A DNA stretch of 64,000 bases from Pocillopora verrucosa (lineage: Eukaryota): assembly GCF_036669915.1 (NCBI RefSeq), contig NC_089320.1, positions 15,979,874 to 16,043,873 of the forward strand. The letters are read 5' to 3'. Position 1 is the first letter of the stretch. Each line of letters opens with the position of its first letter. Under the pieces are notes generated by a model, which saw only the letters and a program-made list of their open reading frames with translations, ran no database searches and was not told the DNA's origin. A program made the position numbers and the translations under genes. Shown here piece after piece: positions 59,901 through 64,000 of the stretch.

Positions 59901-60676
59901 GAACTTGGAGAACTTGCAAACTGATGTTATGGTGTAAATGAGTATTGTTCATTTTGCCTACATGACAATAATACAAACGGCCTTTATTGCCGTCTTGGTC
60001 TATCAAGTATGCTCAAAGCTATAAGTCAAAGAAACATTTGAAAATAAAGAACTCTTTCTGTACAGTGCCTCAATGATGTGGCCCATAGTGGCAGCTTAAG
60101 ACTTTACGTCCTTGGTATACTCATTAAGGTCACTCCTTAATGATAATTTTCGAGCCAAAAATAAAAAGTATTGATGTATCGTACTAAATTTAAAAGTTTT
60201 TTCGATGAAAAATACGTAAATTGTTAACATTTTCAATTTCCTTAGTCAACTAATTTAAGCTTCCCCTAGGCTCATAAACACAATAGCGTTTGCACGTGAA
60301 CATGATAACACAATTTTGCTGCATGCATGTTAATACTGCATGTGTCCATATTGACTGAAAAATTTCGTAAGTCTTCGAAGTACCTTAAGTATGTAGTACT
60401 CGTGAAATATGTTACAGTTACCCATGTAGTTTGAAAGAGAAAATCAAACGCCAACAAAGCACTGGCTTACCTTTTTGTTGAGAACGTCGTCAAATCGCAT
60501 TGATTTCAACAACTTCTTTTGCTTGTCAAGAAATCGATTGTCCTGTTCTGCACTCGTACCCTGTAGAAAAGGGAAACCTCTAGAATTTTAGCTAACCAAA
60601 CCCTCAAAAACAGCGAGTGAAAGCTTAGATATCAAGCTTAGTTTTTGCTCACCCGAAAGAAACCAGCGTCCGCCAT
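47825..60676 (-). CDS. SRRM1: SRRM1 (serine/arginine repetitive matrix protein 1; PWI + RS domains), gene-level span, 12 coding exons, 1028 aa without the nested hydrolase unit
   Basis: Exons (5' to 3'): 60653-60676, 60471-60560, 59362-59487, 58694-58864, 57375-57560, 52922-52958, 52380-52404, 51582-51920, 49644-51029, 48983-49403, 48601-48756, 47825-47950. The sum is 3087 nt with all phases consistent. MADAGFFR|GTSAEQDNRFLDKQKKLLK... versus human MDAGFFRGTSAEQDNRFSNKQKKLLK. PWI motif PDPKFMQINITGFLQSKNAREFMKELWTLLLSAQENIGGIP. C-terminus ...HKKHKKH...LERKLREKALQSM as in human. Confidence 0.95.
48290..48585. repeat. Dispersed repeat family R1, copy in the last SRRM1 intron
   Basis: ...AAAGCGCGGGACAACACGGGTGTCCAATTCGTGATTGGTTTAAGTTTTGCATCTGTTTGGTTGAGAGAGTGACACGAG...GACCAATGACAGAGCG...CTACTTTCGATACTCAATTGCAAAAAATTTCTC. 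Ends about 15 bp from the exon 11 donor. Confidence 0.6.
48601..48756 (-). CDS. SRRM1: SRRM1 exon 11
   Basis: Acceptor TTTAACAG, donor GTTAGT. ESSAEEQEKPEEKEAKGEKKKKHKKHKKHGSSKHKHKRSKHKKHKDKDKSPG. Confidence 0.9.
48786..48931. mobile_element. TTAA-flanked MITE, copy B2, filling most of SRRM1 intron 10
   Basis: TTAA(48782-48785)|CCCTTTAACTCCCAGAAGTGATTAACATGAAACTTCTCC...AAGATCTTGGGAGTTTAAAGG|TTAA(48932-48935). The intron is 48757-48982 (226 bp). Confidence 0.85.
48983..49403 (-). CDS. SRRM1: SRRM1 exon 10
   Basis: Acceptor TTTTAAG, donor GTATTA. (R)PKSRRSAQGASASPGPKTKSRTKRSASASPQPSPAKASKSRASRRSPSSSPE...PPRKSPSKSPPAPAK. This frame is not in the ORF track because it has no start codon. Confidence 0.9.
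49644..51029 (-). CDS. SRRM1: SRRM1 exon 9 (main RS domain, 1386 nt)
   Basis: Acceptor TTGTTTCTAG, donor AG|GTAAGA. SRSRSPRRKPRRSPSPRRRSRSASASSRSRS...SPREDSRDRKRGERKSPSMSPK(R). Frame of track ORF 49640..51115. Confidence 0.95.
51582..51920 (-). CDS. SRRM1: SRRM1 exon 8 (RS repeats)
   Basis: Acceptor ATTTTCAG, donor AG|GTACAT. (K)RGNSSSRSRSRSGSRSRSRSRSRSRDRRDRTRSRDKKGRKRSRS...RWSPPRRGRSPPRR(R). Frame of track ORF 51545..51949. Confidence 0.95.
52115..52335. mobile_element. Palindromic MITE-like repeat (family R3) in SRRM1 intron 7
   Basis: Arms GTATTAACAACTGAGTTGATAACGTAAATTGGCCACTGTAAG (52189-52230) and CTTTACGGTGGCCAATTTACGTTATTACCTCAGCTGATAATAC (52276-52318) are reverse complements, about 85 percent identical. 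Related copies at 31720-31835 and 58335-58490. Confidence 0.7.
52380..52404 (-). CDS. SRRM1: SRRM1 exon 7 (25-nt micro-exon)
   Basis: Acceptor TTGCTTCTGCAG, donor GTAAGT. (E)AAENKDM(K). Phases 1 to 2 bridge exons 6 and 8 exactly. Confidence 0.75.
52922..52958 (-). CDS. SRRM1: SRRM1 exon 6 (37 nt)
   Basis: Acceptor CTCTCCACAG, donor GTAGGT. QNEIERAEKAKK(E). Starts in phase 0. Confidence 0.75.
54436..55350 (-). CDS. PAF-acetylhydrolase Ib catalytic-subunit-like SGNH/GDSL hydrolase (305-codon AG/GT-bounded unit inside SRRM1 intron 5; full ORF 54301-55407, possible own ATG at 55371)
   Basis: Track ORF 54301..55407. All SGNH blocks are intact: VVLTGDSIIKG (block I Ser), NFGIGGDKTQHVLWRLQNGELE (block II), VVLCGTNN (block III), KDHLHL (block V Asp/His). 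Alignable to human PAFAH1B2/3 (VVFIGDSLVQ...LNFGIGGDSTQHVLWRLENGELE...VWVGTNN...DYLHLS). Acceptor TTATTTATTTCAACACAG|AAC at 55350 and donor AAG|GTATAT at 54436, both phase 0. Confidence 0.85.
57375..57560 (-). CDS. SRRM1: SRRM1 exon 5
   Basis: Acceptor CTTGATAG, donor GTGAGC. LEQERIQANLQRYQGDQQQTEPDSTATDDNVGNENGSAPASADITEEFRKAKELAEQLAGKE. Human IEQEKLASMKKQ... Confidence 0.85.
58335..58490. repeat. Dispersed repeat family R3, partial copy
   Basis: ...GGGTTTTATCAACTGAGTTGATAATGTAAATTGGCAATCTGCTGTTAAGAG... Confidence 0.55.
58694..58864 (-). CDS. SRRM1: SRRM1 exon 4 (PWI domain core)
   Basis: Acceptor TTTTTTCAG, donor GTTTGA. SPDPKFMQINITGFLQSKNAREFMKELWTLLLSAQENIGGIPSEFMEKKKEEIKQRK. Track ORF 58688..58882. 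Confidence 0.95.
59362..59487 (-). CDS. SRRM1: SRRM1 exon 3
   Basis: Acceptor GTGTGTCAG, donor GTGAAA. VDMEKVNLDIIKPWITKKLIDILGAEDDVVMQYVFNMLESEK. Human VDMSKVNLEVIKPWITKRVTEILGFEDDVVIEFIFNQLE. Confidence 0.95.
60471..60560 (-). CDS. SRRM1: SRRM1 exon 2
   Basis: Acceptor TTTTCTACAG, donor GTAAGC. GTSAEQDNRFLDKQKKLLKSMRFDDVLNKK. Confidence 0.95.
60653..60676 (-). CDS. SRRM1: SRRM1 exon 1 (start codon)
   Basis: ATG at 60676 within CAAGATGGCGGACGCTGG. MADAGFFR. Donor GTGAGC. Confidence 0.9.
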
Positions 60677-60788
60677 CTTGAAAGCCGCCTGGTCTGGTCT
60701 GATCACATGGCTTTGTTCGTTCGGCAAATCAATGGCCTATCGGAAAGTGTCATCGATGCGAGGCTCTAATACACATGTGGGAAGTAAG
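60677..60788. promoter_or_regulatory. Putative bidirectional promoter/5' UTR interval between SRRM1 (minus) and SURF6 (plus)
   Basis: 112 bp between divergent start codons. Bracketed by the mirrored 13-mers CGTCCGCCATCTT (60667-60679) and AAGATGGCGGACG (60786-60798), each overlapping an ATG. Confidence 0.65.
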
Positions 60789-61787
60789 ATGGCGGACGTT
60801 GAGAGACTTGAGTTGGAAGAGCGGTTAGCGAGCCATTCCGCTTATTTCAATTCCCTGATCGAGTTGATACCAGTGAAATATTACCTACCTATTGATGAAG
60901 AAGAGAAAGCAAACAAGTTTTATAAAAATCGTTCGAGGAAAGCACCTAAACAGACTATTAAAGAGGCATCAAGGAAAGCCAAACGTGCAAGACTCGATCC
61001 GAACCAGCATAAAACAATTCAAGAAATACAAAAAGAGGCTGAGGGAAATGCTTCCACCGGAAATCAAATTGATCTAAACGATGAAGAAAAAATAGAGAGT
61101 CCTAACTTTAGTGTCGAAAGGGTGGAAAGCAAAAGTCTGGAGGACCTAAGATCTCGCCTGCATGCGAGAATAGAAGGCTTGCAAAGAAAACGTAACGCAG
61201 GAAGTGGGAGGCCAGATGGCTTACAACAACCACGTGCGAAGAAATCGAAGAAAGAAGTAAAAGAAAAAAATAAGCAGAAATTGGCTGCTACCTTTAAGGA
61301 ATCGAAAGGAAGTAGACAAAACGATTCTTTACCCAGCCAGAAAATATTAAACGAAAGTGGAGATGTTGTTTTTAGTAAATTTGATTTCTTGGAAGCTAAG
61401 AAAGAACCAAGACCTGGGATGAAAAAGAAAAATTACGAAAAACTGCTCGCTAAAGCTGAAGCTCGAAAGAAAAAGCTGGAATCTTTGAGAAAAGAGGATT
61501 TGTCGAAAGCTAAAGAATTAATGGATAAACTTTCTTGGAGTCAGGCGATTGAAAAAGCTGAGGGTATAAAACAACACGATGACCCTAAACTTTTAAAGAA
61601 GGCGATGAAAAAAAGAGATAAGGCGAAAACAAAAAGTAAAAAGCAGTGGGAAGAACGGATTGGTTATCAAAAGAAAATGGCAGAGGAGAAACAAAAACAA
61701 AGACGAAAAAACATTAAAGAAAGGATTGAAGCCAAGAAAGGAAAAAAATCTGGCAAAGGAAAGAAAAAGCACAGACCAGGATTCTAG
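60789..61787 (+). CDS. SURF6: SURF6 / Rrp14 family nucleolar protein (single uninterrupted CDS, 332 aa)
   Basis: In-frame part of track ORF 60645..61787. ATG at 60789 in AAGATGGCGGAC context. MADVERLELEERLASHSAYFNSLIELIPVKYY... C-terminal SURF6 domain ...HDDPKLLKKAMKKRDKAKTKSKKQWEERIGYQKKMAEEKQKQRRKNIKERIEAKKGKKSGKGKKKHRPGF*. Earlier in-frame ATGs at 60732 and 60756 cannot be excluded. Confidence 0.88.
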   Translation: MADVERLELEERLASHSAYFNSLIELIPVKYYLPIDEEEKANKFYKNRSRKAPKQTIKEASRKAKRARLDPNQHKTIQEIQKEAEGNASTGNQIDLNDEEKIESPNFSVERVESKSLEDLRSRLHARIEGLQRKRNAGSGRPDGLQQPRAKKSKKEVKEKNKQKLAATFKESKGSRQNDSLPSQKILNESGDVVFSKFDFLEAKKEPRPGMKKKNYEKLLAKAEARKKKLESLRKEDLSKAKELMDKLSWSQAIEKAEGIKQHDDPKLLKKAMKKRDKAKTKSKKQWEERIGYQKKMAEEKQKQRRKNIKERIEAKKGKKSGKGKKKHRPGF

Positions 61788-62576
61788 TGGTTATGATGAA
61801 ATATTTTTGAGACCAACACAGCAATAACAAGCAATTTAAAGAATAGTAGATAAGTGAACTTGACCCTTCAAGGCATAACGTTTGAAATTTTCACGACTAG
61901 GATTCAGTACCAAAGGGTGTACACGAGAACAAGGACAAGCTCAGGGCAAGTCTAACCTGAGGGTCTCCTCAAAGCATGATAAACAAGGAAAGTCATTGTC
62001 CTCTTTGTACTAAGACTTGTGATTCATTCTCTGGATTAGAGCTGTCTACTTGAAGAAGTATTACATGTCCAAGAAACTTATCTTCATTTATAAAACTAAG
62101 AACCAAATTTGTGCAGTGCTCACGAGGTCTTCCTTCAAAGTAGGAAAAAGGAGATAAGAAAAATGTGAAAAATGTGATGCAGTGACAAGTGTCCTTACAT
62201 CCATAATGAGCCATTAACATTCAAAAGGTCTGGTCTTATCTTTTCCCTTTTTAGTTCTATTAAATTATGACATATAAAGAAAGAAAGCTCAGATTTTTCA
62301 TAAGGTGTAAGGAATCTAGGCTTGAGCTGGCTCTCTTCCCTCTTTCTTTTTTTGAGTCTAAATTACAAATTTAACAACAAATAAAATATAGTTTCTTGTG
62401 AAGAGATGTTTACTCTCTCCTTTTTTTTTAATTACAATAGTATTTTACAAATAATTTAAAGGGTACTTGAGTACTATTTTGAACAGTTCTGTACAGTGCT
62501 CTCCCTTATGACTTGTTTATGTAAGTAAATCATGTCAACCTTCCAGCCCTTTAAAAATGCCAAGTGGAAAAGATAA

Positions 62577-62781
62577 CCCCTTTATCCCCTAACATCAGTA
62601 TACATATTCTCCATACTGTTCTCCATACATTTCCAAAGGGGCTGACAAGGAAAATTTGTATAGCAGTCGAGAGCTGCTCTAGTTGGTGATCATCTCTTCT
62701 ACTCTCATTACTTTCATGTTTGGTTCAGGGGTGATATACTTAGGAGAAATAAGATGCTAGTCACTCTTAGGGACTTAAGGG
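62577..62781. mobile_element. MITE copy (CCCCTTTATCCCC...CTTAAGGG|TTAA)
   Basis: ATAA|CCCCTTTATCCCCTAACATCAGTATACATATTCTCCATAC...CACTCTTAGGGACTTAAGGG|TTAA(62782-62785). Confidence 0.65.
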
Positions 62782-63236
62782 TTAAAGTCAGACGGTGAAC
62801 ATTATAAACCTTTCCTGGCTTAAGCCTGTGTATTGGGTGAAATGTTCTCCCTTACAAATCTGATTGGGTCATTTCTTAGATACACAAGCCTGTATTTTAT
62901 AATGAAATGTAAAATGAAAACCCACATTTACAAAAAAATAATTTTGTGCACCTGGCTTCAATGTGAAAGTGAAAATTTTTGGGAACTGAAAAAGGCTTCT
63001 AGAAACCCCTGGTATATGCATGAAGAGCATGTTTTGAATAGAGAATTTCTTTAGCTGGGCTGACAAGGAATCACTTGAATGGGCTGCTCATTTGCTTTCA
63101 TAAGGTATTGTCTCTATGCATGCTGACTTGATGTCATGAATTGTTAAAAGGAAATAAGTTAAACAAGAACTTTCATCAGGTGTGGGAAGATTATATTTCT
63201 AGGGCAGTCATGGCTGTTAAATCAAGGCTCCTTTTT

Positions 63237-63364
63237 CTAGTCAGGAAGAAGGTCATCTCCAATTTCTTCATCACCAAATTCATCCTCAACTTGCTGTGGC
63301 CTTTGCCTGCCAGCAGTCTTTGGCCTTGCTGGAGCTTCTCCAAGAGGATCTGCATAAGTGGCAT
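63237..63364 (-). CDS. Terminal exon of an unidentified gene (acidic C-terminus)
   Basis: Acceptor GGTTTGTAG. (D)ATYADPLGEAPARPKTAGRQRPQQVEDEFGDEEIGDDLLPD, stop TAG 63237-63239. Phase matches the upstream partial exon. Family not recognised. Confidence 0.55.
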
Positions 63365-63922
63365 CTACAAACCAGGATGTTTAAACAGTTAATTATTGGA
63401 AAGAAGATACTTTGTGAACTAGGTAACTCAAAACTTCATAACCTACTACCAAGCATTCCTTTAAATCAGTGCATAATTCAAGGAAGGGTACCTAACATTT
63501 CCCAAAGAGTTTCACCTACATGCACTACCTGGGTTAGGCCTTTAACTCTAGATGTCTGATTGGTAATTCTCTCTTCAATCTGTTATGTGCTCTCAGTAAA
63601 TAAGCTAAGAAGTTTTGTTGTTACACCAATGTAGGACTATCTTACTGATAAAATTGTCTGATCAAATCATCAGTTCACCTATTTTAGATTATGACCAAGG
63701 AGTCTGAGTCAACTAGATAAAATTATTCACTGAAGTAGAGGTGAACAATTGTGGATATTTACAGTGTGTGCCTAGCCTCAAAATAGTGACTGAAGAGAGT
63801 AATATGTTTTTTAGTCATACAAATAGATGGAGTGTCTCCAAAGCTACCAACTAAACTAAATTTATACTTAAAAACTGTGGTATTAAAAACCTGACCCAAG
63901 GAATAATTCTCTACCAACTCAC

Positions 63923-64000
63923 CAACTTCTTTTGATCCACTAAAACTAAATGAGTCATCATTATCTGGAATGAATGGTTTTGTTCGTCCAGCAGAGCGGT
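63923..64000 (-). CDS. Penultimate exon (partial, runs off the window) of the same unidentified gene
   Basis: ...RSAGRTKPFIPDNDDSFSFSGSKEV(D). Donor G|GTGAGT at 63922. Open to the window edge. Confidence 0.45.

Noticed and set aside
60645-60788. N-terminal 48-codon extension of the SURF6 ORF in the track (TTG start)
   Set aside because: It starts at a non-ATG codon and runs antisense across SRRM1 exon 1 and the shared promoter. The ATG at 60789 has the AAGATGGCGG context and begins the conserved sequence. Use of ATG 60732 or 60756 remains a minor possibility.

Overview
This window is eukaryotic nuclear DNA: AT-rich, intron-rich and metazoan. The repeat content looks cnidarian or other invertebrate, but I cannot name the species from sequence alone. 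It is not prokaryotic. I see no operons, CRISPR, rRNA or genuine tRNA genes.

The right 40 kb is a compact housekeeping cluster. I reconstructed it exon by exon as GT-AG models that are fully phase-consistent:
- FIG4/SAC3 phosphoinositide phosphatase: minus strand, 27 coding exons, 24003-39750, 1052 aa.
- TRIAP1/Mdm35: minus strand, 2 exons, 41451-42776, 79 aa.
- MSTO1/misato: plus strand, 3 exons, 42944-45615, 573 aa.
- SRRM1 (PWI domain plus RS domain): minus strand, 12 coding exons, 47825-60676, 1028 aa.
- SURF6/Rrp14: plus strand, single uninterrupted CDS, 60789-61787.
- The last two exons of an unidentified protein with an acidic tail: minus strand, 63237 to beyond 64000.

TRIAP1/MSTO1 and SRRM1/SURF6 are head-to-head pairs whose start codons lie 167 and 112 bp apart.

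The left 24 kb is gene-poor and repeat-rich. It holds a decayed RAG1-core-like transposase remnant, an orphan two-exon ORF, and a 4.9-kb composite in which ~335-bp inverted repeats flank a 3.5-kb minisatellite.

Most interesting observations:
1. A complete PAF-AH Ib-like SGNH hydrolase ORF lies inside an SRRM1 intron on the same strand. It forms a 915-nt unit bounded by AG and GT in phase 0 at both ends, so it is exactly in frame with the flanking SRRM1 exons. It is either a cassette exon or a nested gene.
2. The inverted-repeat-flanked minisatellite composite.
3. An identical AAGATGGCGGAC element overlies the start codons of FIG4, SRRM1 and SURF6.
4. A family of TTAA-flanked CCCTTT...AAAGGG MITEs is scattered through the introns.

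All homology calls come from my own recollection of protein families. No searches were run.
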